DNA from: a virus
Lineage: Duplodnaviria; Heunggongvirae; Uroviricota; Caudoviricetes
Virus record (IMG/VR): IMGVR_UViG_3300033074_000580
Span: 31,270 to 95,269 of that record
DNA: 64,000 bases
Reading direction: 5' to 3' (one strand)
The notes below the pieces were generated by a model. That model saw only the letters and a list, made by a program, of their open reading frames with translations. It ran no database searches and was not told the origin of the DNA. Position 1 is the stretch's first letter, and each line of letters begins with the position of its first letter. The position numbers and the translations under genes are program-made. Shown piece after piece: positions 1 through 11,100 of this stretch.

Positions 1-711
1 CGCCGAATTTGTCCAACGGAAGTTAGTGATTTTACCTGGGAATCCGTCACCTGCGGTTTCACCATCAGCACCAATAAATAGGTCTTTCAATGCACCTGTA
101 ACATTTACTGAATCAGATTGTGCGGTTCCTACTGAAGAACCATCTATATAACATTTTGTAGAACCACTAGTTCTTACTAATGCAACATGTATCCAAGTGT
201 TTTGATATGTTTTACCAATCGCCCAGTTGTTTCCATTTGGCCAAGTATACACTTTATTACCTTCAATACTCACACCAAGTGTTGCTGCGGTGTCAGGACC
301 AATTGAGAATACTCTTGGGTGACTTGATAATGTAGTTTGGTATTGGAACCATTCGATTGTGTAATCACCTGTACCCGGCAACCATGTTGCAATTGTTCCT
401 TTTGGTGCAGATACATAAGAACCTCCACTAGCGGGGTCTAAACCATTAAATAAAATAGTTCCAGAACTTTCAGCAGGAGCTCCCCAATTTATCAAGTAAT
501 TGGTAAACGTACCCATTACATCCGTTTTTTTGGTAACATTATAACCATATGTTGTTGATAAAACATAGGCCATGTTATCATCCATTATTTTTTCATCCGC
601 AAAAATACTGTATTTTCCTTCCAATGTGGCACCACTTACCATTGTACTAATGTAAGTTAAATTACCTCTTGTTGAATTTGTTGTAGATGTTGCTGCCGAA
701 CCTGATATCAT
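1..711 (-). CDS. LamG/concanavalin-A-like domain virion protein (partial, runs off the window start)
   Basis: Not in the ORF track. ATG at 711, open to base 1. Translation contains GDYTIEWFQY...WIHVALVRTSGSTKCYIDG...LFIGADG...FPGKITNFRW, a typical LamG-like pattern. Confidence 0.75.
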   Translation of the reverse strand, partial: MISGSAATSTTNSTRGNLTYISTMVSGATLEGKYSIFADEKIMDDNMAYVLSTTYGYNVTKKTDVMGTFTNYLINWGAPAESSGTILFNGLDPASGGSYVSAPKGTIATWLPGTGDYTIEWFQYQTTLSSHPRVFSIGPDTAATLGVSIEGNKVYTWPNGNNWAIGKTYQNTWIHVALVRTSGSTKCYIDGSSVGTAQSDSVNVTGALKDLFIGADGETAGDGFPGKITNFRWTNSA

Positions 712-729
712 TTTGTATATAATTTTTTA

Positions 730-1101
730 TTATTCCATCGTAAATAGATACGCGTATTTATTTAATAATCCTAAAATCTCATCTCTAAGATTTAATAAAT
801 TTGTGTCTGAGGAGTCTAACTGTTCAGTCATTTGAACTAAAGCCTCTCTTGTGGTATTAACTAATCCTTTAATATCAATATCAGATAAATTTGCCAATTG
901 TATAGTATTTGTTTCATCATCCAATACAAATCTACCGTATTTACCCATTGCCTGCTCCACAAAATCGTCAATTAACTCGTCTAAATCAGAATAAAATCCA
1001 CCAAATGCCTCATGTCTAGCAATACCCTTAGTTTGCCAATGACATATTCTCATTTGTTGTTGTAAACCCACTAAAAAATTTACATTAGAATTTAACTTCA
1101 T
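730..1101 (-). CDS. Ferritin/Dps-like four-helix protein (DUF5856-like)
   Basis: HWQTKGIARHEAFGGFYSDLDELIDDFVE resembles the Dps ferroxidase helix pattern; start chosen at MKLNSN. Confidence 0.65.
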   Translation of the reverse strand: MKLNSNVNFLVGLQQQMRICHWQTKGIARHEAFGGFYSDLDELIDDFVEQAMGKYGRFVLDDETNTIQLANLSDIDIKGLVNTTREALVQMTEQLDSSDTNLLNLRDEILGLLNKYAYLFTME

Positions 1102-1729
1102 CTTCTTCATTTGGGTTAAAACTTGTTTTTATTTGGTCGGGTGAATAATTATCAACCTCATCTTTTGTTAATACATATTCATTCTTACCACTAGCCCTCA
1201 TTTCATCTTGTTTGTGTGCAAAGAATTCTTGTGGTTTTTGATTAAATGGATATGAATCTAAAGAACGCATTTCTAATTTTTCAACTTCTGTTTTTGGTTT
1301 GTTAGCCTCCACCGTAGCACCTAATTGGTCGATTTTAGCCATAACCGCATCCATTTGTGATAATTTACTTTCTAAATCACTTAGTTTACTGAACACATCA
1401 TCCATTTTAGTTACAATTTCAGTATGTGTACCATTACTATCTTCTTGGTCTTTTTTAACACTTTTAACCATGTTAACCAAATCCGTAATATCCACTTCTT
1501 CAGTTGAATCCATTTCAGGAGCCGGTGCTTCAGGTGATGCAGTTTCTGGTGCAACCTCCGCGTCAGCCGCAGGCTCAGTTTCCAATCCCGCAGCAGGGTC
1601 AGCCGCTGGGTCTGCACCTAAATCAGGTAAATCTGTTTCCGGTGCCTCTTGTTCTACTATCATTTTTGAGCCATATTTGTTTATTGCTCTAAAACGATTA
1701 ACTTCTTCTAATAATTTTTTTTCTAACAT
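1085..1729 (-). CDS. Acidic, Pro/Ala-rich hypothetical protein, probable internal head protein
   Basis: 214 aa ORF; N-terminal LLEEVNRFRAINKY tag, acidic linker, coiled coil. Confidence 0.55.
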   Translation of the reverse strand: MLEKKLLEEVNRFRAINKYGSKMIVEQEAPETDLPDLGADPAADPAAGLETEPAADAEVAPETASPEAPAPEMDSTEEVDITDLVNMVKSVKKDQEDSNGTHTEIVTKMDDVFSKLSDLESKLSQMDAVMAKIDQLGATVEANKPKTEVEKLEMRSLDSYPFNQKPQEFFAHKQDEMRASGKNEYVLTKDEVDNYSPDQIKTSFNPNEEDEVKF

Positions 1730-1733
1730 AGTA

Positions 1734-1934
1734 TTAGTCTTGTAATAATTGTCTACCGTCGTTGGTAATATATTTTTTATTTATTCTTTCAACAATTCCG
1801 TCTTTTTCTCTGATTGTATAACATTCACCTGTCATTAAATCACATTCTTCTCTTTCCATTCCGTCATTAGAAACATTTCTAATTTGTTTTGGACTTAAGA
1901 ATTGGTCTACAGCCTTTAATGTATTATTTTCCAT
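1734..1934 (-). CDS. Small hypothetical protein (CDLMTGEC motif)
   Basis: 66 aa ORF preceded by a TATTTATA motif at 1952-1959. Confidence 0.55.
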   Translation of the reverse strand: MENNTLKAVDQFLSPKQIRNVSNDGMEREECDLMTGECYTIREKDGIVERINKKYITNDGRQLLQD

Positions 1935-1979
1935 AATTTTTAAGTTATATGTATAAATATCCCAAATATCTTAATATTC

Positions 1980-4900
1980 TTACTCAATATTAAAATAAAC
2001 AACGTCTCCGTCTTGAATATTCAAATCCTTCATTAGTTGTTTTGACAATCCAATACCGTATCCAACAATATTAGGACCATTATTAACCGAACCAACAATA
2101 TCGTTTACCAATATTTGATTAGATGTATTTGGTATCGGGTTAACCGTTATTTCTTTACCAATGTCACTTGGTTTGTAAAATTTAGCCGTCTTACCTATTA
2201 TAATATCTGGTTTTGCAACACTATAGTCAAATTTAATAGAATAGAATCTTTTTTTAGAGTCTTTTATATTTGACCACTTTAACAATACCTTATCATCTGA
2301 ATTACCTAATGTGGTGTTATATACTGTGAATGTTGTTTGTCTTGCAATAACACTCATTGATGTATCGTCACTTATTGGATAATTTGGTCCACCCATTGTA
2401 ACCGCAAGTGCTCTTAGATATGTTTTATTGTTGTATGTTACTTTTTGTACATACTTTTCACCATTCCATCCATTATATGGTACACCCGCACTTGTACATC
2501 CCATTTGTTTCACTAATTCTTCACCTTTTACTGTTTTACCTCCATTATCAATTACAACAGAATTACCATCCGTTGTAGTAATTGTGTTTTGGAATTTAGT
2601 TGAACCAGTTAGTGTTGTATTTTCTTGTTCTTTTACCTTTGCAACCGCACTTCTTGTTACTTTATCAAACAATACTCTATAACTTGATAAGAATGAATCT
2701 GCCGGGTCTGGTAACGAAGCGTAAGGTATTCTTGTACCTTTAAAGGATGTTATAATATTATTATTTCTAATATTGTGTGTAACCTCTGTAATCCAATACG
2801 AACCTCTAAATAATGGCACATTTTTTAGATAAAAATACATTGTTGGTTGAACCATTACATTACCCATCATTGTCACATCACAAGTATAAGATGCTTGTCT
2901 ATATATGTCAAATAAACCTATATCAATTTGATGTGCACCCGCACCACTTTCTGAACGACCTAAATTTTCAATTACGTTGAATGATTCTGTTGTGTTTCTA
3001 ATTGACGTTTGGTCTAATTGTACACTTTTAAAAATTCCTTGGTTTTGGTCACCAATGCTAACTTCAAAAGCCACAACTTTATTTGATTTTGATAAATCTC
3101 CGTTTTGGAATACTTGTGGCGCGGTTATTACTAATGGACTACCCACACCGTTAAATAAATTACCACTATCGTTTTTAAAATTATATTTTTTGTTAATATC
3201 TTCTAATTCTAAATGTTTAGATGTTGGACCAACATATTGAATTACAATTTTAGGTGACGATTCTTGGTAATCCACATCTAAGAATGTACCAAACATATTG
3301 TTTGCAATTTTTTTAGATGGAACAATTTTAGATTTTGTTGTGTGATTTGTTCCATAAAAATTAACATATGACGGTAATGCTCTCATGTCAAATCCCGTTC
3401 CTTGGATTAACATTGATATAACACTATATAAGTTTGCATTATCATTTTTAGAATCTTCTAATGGTAATAATTTTTCCAAACTCAAATATGCTTGGTCTCC
3501 AATATCTTTATTTGCTTTATCTAAAAATAAAAATTCTTCTAATAATGTTCTTTGTCCTAACGAATTACCCGCAACCCACTTGTCGTTAAATGATTTAAAG
3601 AAATTATATAGTTCAAGTTTTAATGGAGTATCATTATACCCATTAAAAATTGTAGCCTCGTTCTTATTGTTCTTTATTTCAAGTGTGGATAATTTTGGTA
3701 TTAACCCGTTTAAAAATGCATCCATTCTATTGGTTGCAGGTGTTAATACTTTTAACTTTAGATAGTTTTGGAATTCTTCTTTTGTTGAAAACAATCCTTT
3801 ACTATATCCACCCGCAAAAATATGAATAAGTGGTCTAAATCTTAAAATATTCTCCTCACTTAATTCTACATTATTAACTGTAAAGAAGTTCTTATAACAA
3901 TTAGTTGTAGGTTCTTCACCTATATATAATTTAATGAAATTTTGATTTTCATTAGTATATTGTGATGAATCATATTCATTATAACTAAATGTGTTTACGT
4001 TATCAATACCCCCAAAACCATACCATGTGTTTGGAATGATTTCTTTAGGATTACCGATTGTAATTTTTAATAAGTTAGTTTCACTTAATATCTCCTTTGT
4101 TACGTTTTGTAATTTTTCTAATTGTTTTGTTTTTAATGTTTGTACGATTGCGTTTTTATCGGTATTGTCATTATTTGCATCAATATCGATAGTCACTAAA
4201 GCCTTCAATAAATCTTGGAAGTTAGAATATTTTACACTATATTTTTTTGTAACTTTGGTTTCATTATTTACAATTGAAGTTTCCTCAAAATCAGGGAACT
4301 TCTTGTATGGAATTTCCTCAACAATTTTCTCAGAAGCAAAATCTAAGAAGCAATCTTCAAATGAATCCAATATTTGTGGACTGAATGTTGCAATTAAATC
4401 TATGATTTTACGATTACTTCCATTCTTTTTTAATGAATACTTGTTATCGTCACTTTTATCTAAACCAGTGAAAAATCCACCATCAAAATCAACCATTTCG
4501 TAGAAGTTAACTCCTTCATCATATGACCTGTTATATTGGTCATATCCAAAAAATGTCTTTCCGCTAAATGTGGTGTTTACAAGTTCATCATCGTAACACC
4601 AAATGATTCTCATATTTTTTTGTTCGTCACCATTGTAATCAATTTCCGAACTAATATATTCATTTTTTAATCCACCAACAGAAGGTAATAATGTAAACCA
4701 CTTATCGTTAGATGAAGTTTTTGAGTTATTAACAAATGTTGTGAAATAATTACCACTATTACCAACAATATCTTCAACGGTGTTAATAACACCATTTGTC
4801 ACTTGTTGTGTGTATCCTGTGGTTGTACCTGAATAGTAATCAAAATGGGTATAACCATTTACAATTTGATGGTATACTGAATCATAGAATGGGTGTACAC

Positions 4901-7799
4901 CAACAACATTTGTTGTTGAGTATTTTATACTTTTTCCATTTATGGTGTATGTTTGGTCATTACCATTATCAAAGAACGTTCCCCCATTAAACGAATCTGT
5001 AATTGTTGTTGTGGTACCAGTAAAAATTGGTCTTAAAATATCAACACCCTCTGTTAGATATTTCTTATATCTGTGATATAATGAACCCCATTTAAGAATT
5101 AAATGGTATGGAACATAATGTGTTGCAGCAACTTCTTTAAACATACTAGATAATCTAGTTGTTCCATTAACAAAATCAAATTTATCTTCTAAATCGATAA
5201 ACGGTAACGAATTTAAAAGAAGATATGCTGAACCAACGTATTTTCCATATGAACTTTTGTTAAAATCACTACTAAGTTGTTTATGGAAATATGGTGTGTT
5301 TAAAATGTTCGTAGAACTCTTCTTATTTAATTGTATTTTCTCACCAAATATGTTTGAACTTTTACCTGACTTAACCCAGTTTATTGGTAACTTAGGTCCC
5401 ACAATAAAACCTTCAGTTGTTCTAACATTAAATAAATTTTTTAAATTTAAATCATCGGTATTGAATTCATCTTTACCCAAATAGTTCAAATATAAACTTG
5501 AGTTGAATGGATATATGTTATATCTATAACTTTGGTTAATATCGTACTCTAGGTTTTTTAAATTATTATTTATATGATTAAAACTACTGTCGTTATCTTT
5601 ATTTGTTGTATAACCATAGTTTGTACCTATTTTGAATGAATTATCTTCAATAGATTTAATATAGGTTACTGTCGGTATTTTATCTTGGTAATAAGGATAA
5701 CGTTCAAATGGTGAAAAAGATAGTAAGTAATTTTGTAGTTTTTCAATACTATCGATAGTCTTTAAAACTGCAATTATGTCACTATCTTCTGCAAACATTT
5801 TTTCAATGTTATTAAATTCAGATTTCCATAAGTCATCAATACCTGTTTTTGTAAATTCATCATTTAAAACGGTATATCTTGCTCTTTCCCAAATTTCATA
5901 TAATATAGAAGCAATTGATTTATTAACATAAGGTACATTGGATTGTAAACTAAACAATGTTGATGTGTTAACAAAATCTATGTTTGGTGAATCGTTCTCA
6001 AAAACAAATTCAACCTTACTTGCACTTCCTTCATTATTCGTTAATGAATCGTGTCTTTTAGTACCAACAGCTTGATAGTTTTCTAAAAATTCAATTTCAG
6101 GCCAAAGAGCTCTATTATATGTTTGTAATTTTTTCTGTAAGTCGGGGTCACCAGGATATGCAACAACTTTTTGTTTGTTGGATGTCTGTTTTTTAACCTC
6201 AGGCCAAGGGTATATCGAATCGTTTCTTTTTGATTCATCACTAAATCCCGATAATATTTCTCTTCTTGTTGAACCAACTTCAAAAGCCTTATAATGTACT
6301 TCTTTCATCAAACGAATGTACACTTCCGCGTTTGCAAGAATAACCGCAAATATATTACGAATTGTCGGTTCAAATCCAATTCCCTTATCTTTATCTTTAA
6401 CAATTTCGTTCATTCTTTTTTCAACCAAATCTTGCAATTTGTTTCTTTGTTCAACGAACGATTTTTGTATATCGAAAATATCCTTTAATAGACTTTGAAT
6501 TGCAACAAGATATCCATTTGAGCCGGGTCCTTTAACATAAAAGTCAATTCCTTTTATTGTGTTTGTAAAACTAAAAGTTTGTTTTTTAAAATCGTTAGAT
6601 GCTTTTTGAATAAATCCTTCAGCAAAAACTTTAGTTTCTAATAATTTTTTAGGGAAGTCTGTAATGATTTGTTCTAATGTACCTCCATTTTTACTTCCTT
6701 TTATTTTTAAATCACTATTTTTATTTTGACCCGCCATTCTGTTGTAGTCAACTCCGTCAACGTTAACAATTTCTGAACTCAAATTTACTTTAGCCCAATT
6801 TTTTACTGCGTTTTCAAAATCTTGAATTTTCTTTTCATAGTCTTGGATTCCTGCAAATAGTTTCATATCTACAAGTCCACCAAATATTTCTTTTTCTAAA
6901 ATTTTATCTAAACTTCTTGCAATAACAATTAACTCTCTAAGTGTTTTTGTTGGAAAGTCGTTTGCGATTAACCCTTTTTGTTTGTATTCATCATAAACTG
7001 ACTTCAACATAACATATCCCTTAGATGACTTTTTAATTTTCTTTTGCTGTACTCCCTTTGTTTCGATGTACTTTGCAGGTTCATCAGATTCAATCATGTA
7101 CATATAAGGTGCATTTAAAATACCATTCAATGGGATATCATTTAAATATGCATATGTTGAACCTACAAATGATGTGGCAATTTCAAAGTTACCGTTTGAC
7201 TCGTTATATTTTGAACTGAACTTAGTTAGATGTAATCTATATCTAATTGCTTTACCATAATAACCTTTTATTGTTAAATAAAATATGGGCCAAGGTAAAT
7301 GAAAAAACGCACCGTATGGTGAATTTTGTGGAGATTCAAATAATGTCTTTCCTCTAACATCAACAAAGTTAATATTGATTTGTGGTATAAAACTGGCACC
7401 TTTTATATTGATATTGATACTGTCTATTCCGAAAGATTGTGCGGTTTCGTCGTTTTGTGTTGGTAGTACTCCAAATATGGTGTCTTTACCTGTATATGAA
7501 TCAGTCCATGAAGTGTCAAAATCTTTGCCATTTTGACCTTTATTGCTTAAAAAATTTAAAGTTCCCTTCGCTATTGATGTAAGGTTACCGGTTGTTGATT
7601 GTCCTCCGTCAGCAATTAAAGTACTTCTTGGTACTAAATCCGCCTCAAGATTAACAAACATTACTAAGTTTTCTTGTTTTACACCCCTCTCTTCAACTTT
7701 ATCTCCATTTTGCACACTATTAGGGTCGATGAAAATTAAATTATTTACATCAACTTTAACTAGTATGTCTTCATTCTCATTTATTTTATTGTTCCCCAT
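1980..7799 (-). CDS. Large baseplate hub-like protein
   Basis: 1939 aa; segment YTCDVTMMGNVMVQPTMYFYL...GSYWITEVTHNI...TSFKGTR resembles the C-terminal fold of contractile-tail hub proteins (gp27/gpD-like); lies in the baseplate cluster. Confidence 0.6.
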   Translation of the reverse strand: MGNNKINENEDILVKVDVNNLIFIDPNSVQNGDKVEERGVKQENLVMFVNLEADLVPRSTLIADGGQSTTGNLTSIAKGTLNFLSNKGQNGKDFDTSWTDSYTGKDTIFGVLPTQNDETAQSFGIDSININIKGASFIPQININFVDVRGKTLFESPQNSPYGAFFHLPWPIFYLTIKGYYGKAIRYRLHLTKFSSKYNESNGNFEIATSFVGSTYAYLNDIPLNGILNAPYMYMIESDEPAKYIETKGVQQKKIKKSSKGYVMLKSVYDEYKQKGLIANDFPTKTLRELIVIARSLDKILEKEIFGGLVDMKLFAGIQDYEKKIQDFENAVKNWAKVNLSSEIVNVDGVDYNRMAGQNKNSDLKIKGSKNGGTLEQIITDFPKKLLETKVFAEGFIQKASNDFKKQTFSFTNTIKGIDFYVKGPGSNGYLVAIQSLLKDIFDIQKSFVEQRNKLQDLVEKRMNEIVKDKDKGIGFEPTIRNIFAVILANAEVYIRLMKEVHYKAFEVGSTRREILSGFSDESKRNDSIYPWPEVKKQTSNKQKVVAYPGDPDLQKKLQTYNRALWPEIEFLENYQAVGTKRHDSLTNNEGSASKVEFVFENDSPNIDFVNTSTLFSLQSNVPYVNKSIASILYEIWERARYTVLNDEFTKTGIDDLWKSEFNNIEKMFAEDSDIIAVLKTIDSIEKLQNYLLSFSPFERYPYYQDKIPTVTYIKSIEDNSFKIGTNYGYTTNKDNDSSFNHINNNLKNLEYDINQSYRYNIYPFNSSLYLNYLGKDEFNTDDLNLKNLFNVRTTEGFIVGPKLPINWVKSGKSSNIFGEKIQLNKKSSTNILNTPYFHKQLSSDFNKSSYGKYVGSAYLLLNSLPFIDLEDKFDFVNGTTRLSSMFKEVAATHYVPYHLILKWGSLYHRYKKYLTEGVDILRPIFTGTTTTITDSFNGGTFFDNGNDQTYTINGKSIKYSTTNVVGVHPFYDSVYHQIVNGYTHFDYYSGTTTGYTQQVTNGVINTVEDIVGNSGNYFTTFVNNSKTSSNDKWFTLLPSVGGLKNEYISSEIDYNGDEQKNMRIIWCYDDELVNTTFSGKTFFGYDQYNRSYDEGVNFYEMVDFDGGFFTGLDKSDDNKYSLKKNGSNRKIIDLIATFSPQILDSFEDCFLDFASEKIVEEIPYKKFPDFEETSIVNNETKVTKKYSVKYSNFQDLLKALVTIDIDANNDNTDKNAIVQTLKTKQLEKLQNVTKEILSETNLLKITIGNPKEIIPNTWYGFGGIDNVNTFSYNEYDSSQYTNENQNFIKLYIGEEPTTNCYKNFFTVNNVELSEENILRFRPLIHIFAGGYSKGLFSTKEEFQNYLKLKVLTPATNRMDAFLNGLIPKLSTLEIKNNKNEATIFNGYNDTPLKLELYNFFKSFNDKWVAGNSLGQRTLLEEFLFLDKANKDIGDQAYLSLEKLLPLEDSKNDNANLYSVISMLIQGTGFDMRALPSYVNFYGTNHTTKSKIVPSKKIANNMFGTFLDVDYQESSPKIVIQYVGPTSKHLELEDINKKYNFKNDSGNLFNGVGSPLVITAPQVFQNGDLSKSNKVVAFEVSIGDQNQGIFKSVQLDQTSIRNTTESFNVIENLGRSESGAGAHQIDIGLFDIYRQASYTCDVTMMGNVMVQPTMYFYLKNVPLFRGSYWITEVTHNIRNNNIITSFKGTRIPYASLPDPADSFLSSYRVLFDKVTRSAVAKVKEQENTTLTGSTKFQNTITTTDGNSVVIDNGGKTVKGEELVKQMGCTSAGVPYNGWNGEKYVQKVTYNNKTYLRALAVTMGGPNYPISDDTSMSVIARQTTFTVYNTTLGNSDDKVLLKWSNIKDSKKRFYSIKFDYSVAKPDIIIGKTAKFYKPSDIGKEITVNPIPNTSNQILVNDIVGSVNNGPNIVGYGIGLSKQLMKDLNIQDGDVVYFNIE

Positions 7800-8112
7800 A
7801 ATATAACTTATACAATTCTACACCACTTTTGTAATCTTGTAAAGAGGCAATCAATGGAAAGGGGATTCTAAGATAGAAATTGTTTGGAATTTCAAATTCA
7901 ATTCCTCCCGCCAATGGATTTGCCAACATGATTAACCAACCATATAATGGTGAGTTGTAATATTCTTGAGATAATTTATCTAATCTATCTTTACCTTTTT
8001 TATATTGTAGATACTTGTCAGATGTTTTAATAGGTATTTCAATACCGGGTACAATTTTAAATTCCCCATCAATTAAAAAATCTTGGTATCTATCGTAATA
8101 TTCTCTACTCAT
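7786..8112 (-). CDS. Baseplate wedge protein, LysM-like (T4 gp53-like)
   Basis: DRLDKLSQEYYNSPLYGWLIMLANP...LRIP motif. Confidence 0.7.
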   Translation of the reverse strand: MSREYYDRYQDFLIDGEFKIVPGIEIPIKTSDKYLQYKKGKDRLDKLSQEYYNSPLYGWLIMLANPLAGGIEFEIPNNFYLRIPFPLIASLQDYKSGVELYKLYYGEQ

Positions 8113-11100
8113 GGTTTATAATAATTTAAAGTTGTACCTATTATATCTACTCTACCATTATTAAAAATATTTGATAGACTTGTTTTAACGTCATCGTCTG
8201 TTATATAATCAGTGGTACCTATTTTATAAGTTATCTCGTTACTATTTTTTCTTTTAGGGAATTTACCTAATCTGAAAGTTTTTGGTTTAACTGTTGTTAT
8301 AAAATCATCATACTTGAAACAAAGTTTATCTGCAGTCCTAAAATCATATTTCTCTTTTAGTAACTTAAATAAATTTTCTCTTTGTCCTTGTAATAATACT
8401 TTTAAAAATTCAGTTAATAAAGTATCATCGATTGAATCTAATAAAAAGTCAAATGTTCCATCCAAATCAGATGTAAAATCTGAATGTTGTGCTTTAATAT
8501 ATGAAATTACAGAAGAATATTCAGAATAGAAATTTGAACTAGTAAATCCTGATAATTGTGATTTACTAAATGTTGTACCATCTATTTTACCGTCTCCTTG
8601 ATTTCTAACTAAGAAATTAACTTTATCTAATGTACTAATTACATTATTTCTTGATGATTCTAATTGTTTAACACTACCTATAGTTACAAATTTATCGATA
8701 ACATCTGAAACTATTTTTACAATAACTTCTCTTATCTTAACATTTTCCTCACTAAACATATTAGGTTCAAATATTTCTTCGAAACCTAATATTTTTACCA
8801 TATCATAGTTGTTGATTGAATACTTTAATGTTGCTTTGAAATTGTCAGCATGCCATCCTAAATTTCTTACTAATGGATATTCGCCTAATAATTCAATGTT
8901 ATCAGTACTTGTATCTCCACTAATTGTGTTAATTGTCATTCCACTAAAAGTTCTATACGTTGGTGAGAAAAACATATATCCAATTTTTTTACCATACTTA
9001 GGTATGATTTCATTATATGCGGATTGATATGTGTTAAAATATTCACCGACAGAACTATAAACCATATTAACTAAATTGGTGTACTTAATTGAATCTCCCG
9101 ATAAATCACCAATGTATTTTCCCTGTGTTACTTTTGGTTTATCTTTATTGTCACCAACTAATTTATATTCTGGTTTCTTTTGTAAGTCCGCTAAAAATTC
9201 TTTAGTAAACTTTTCTTTTTCTTGTCCATTTATAAGTGTTGCAGTGGAAATTGAACGTTCATCGTACATTTCAGTATTTGCATAGAAATTTGAAGATAAC
9301 GCATTTTGTAATCTTTCTACCGGTTTTTCAATTCCTTGTCCACCAATAAAACTAATTTGTAATGTTACATTAGCTAACATTGGTTGTACTCCAATTCCTT
9401 CAGGGTTTAAATCCCAAATATTTTCTTCAAATGTGATATTAACATCTCTAATAATAATTTTAGAGTGATAGAAATCACCAATTCTTAAAACACAAACAGG
9501 TGGAGGACCAAATGAAGTATTTCTTGCATTTAAGTCATTTATATCCGCAATTCCCTTTATAGGAATAGTATTACCCGGTCTCACACATTGGTGTAAAAAC
9601 GTTAAACGTGAATTTAATCCTTCAGGTGTTGTTGAATGGAAACCTGGATGGAAATATTTTAATTTTTCCTTTAACGATGAAAACGCAAGTGGTGAATCTT
9701 CTTCTAACTTTTTAAAGTAATGACATTCTGAAAGAGTTTTCATAATGATTCTCTTCATAATATCAATTGAAGGTTTTGGTGAAACTTTAGGAATAGGGTC
9801 ACCATCGGGTACACTTGTTAATTTTGGTATTTTGATTTTTTGTGGTTCGTCTTGTTTAGGTACATTTATTGCACTAAATTTAACACCGACTTGTCTACAA
9901 TAAAATGGATTAGGTGCGTGTATCTTTAATCCATTAGTATCGTAAATAACTGTTTTACAATCTAAATTACTATCATTTGGGTCTGGACTTTTTATAACAG
10001 CAGATTCTCCCTCACTTGTAAATTTAAATTTAATTTTACCTAAGTTATTTTCATAACCCAAATCTGAACATTTAACTGTTAAGTTAAAACTAAAACCATC
10101 ATCTTTTTTACTCGATACGTTTTCAGTTTTAGGCCATTTTATGTCAGGTATTTTACCATTTTCAATTTTATTTAACACATTCGTTACTATTGAATGTGCT
10201 CTTCTCATGCCTAAATAAAAATTATAAGTATCATTAGCCACTTCAGATGTGGTGGCAACAATCACAAATTCCGCAGTATCTATTTGATTTTTACTAATAG
10301 CTTCCTTTAATGAAGTTAATGAAGCATCAAATGCATTATAATTAACATTTAATGCGTTAAATCCATTACTTATTCTTTCTAATTGTTTATTAAGAGTTGT
10401 ACCCGTATCAGTAATCTGTGATTTTTCAACACCAAATATTGTTTTAATATCTTTTAATTGATTTGCTGATGGTGTACTATCGGTTAATAAATTGGTTAAT
10501 TCAGTTGTTGCATCACTATAATATGTTCCTGAATTAGCATTATATTCCGCAAATATATCACTAAAGGATTGTGTTGCTTTTGTATCGTTAGTAACATTAC
10601 CTTGTGGATAATCATTTGGGAAATATAATGACATAGAATACGGTTCGATTGTTGGTTTTGGATTTTCTCCTGTATTTGGTTTAACCTCTTCTACCGTTTC
10701 TAAATTGTATTTGTATTTTTGAATTGTTTCAGGTGATTTACCTTCATTCAAATATTCTTTAATTCTTCTGATGTCGTCAGTATCTAACATTGTATATGTT
10801 TTCACTAACGTATAAAAATCTTCATCTTTACATCCAGCAAAAAATGCATTGATGTAGTTATCGGCATCTTCATCTGACATTCCGTTGAAATGTTCTCTAA
10901 CAAGTAAATTCAAAATACTTGGGTGGTCAACTACAACTTTAAATGATACTTGACCAGTTCTTTCTGTATTTTGATATGTGTATATTGGTTCTGGTCTACC
11001 TAAAAACGCATTTGATTCCCATCTAGCACTATTTTGTTCACTAACTTTTAAATCGTATGGTGGAAACCACATAACACGACCTCCATTAGGTCCTCTTTCA

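Noticed and set aside
1299-1745. Antisense ORFs in the track (e.g. 1299-1745, 3991-4503, 50885-51307, 63128-63622)
   Set aside because: Ser/Phe/Leu-rich shadows of real genes on the opposite strand, with no promoter motifs.
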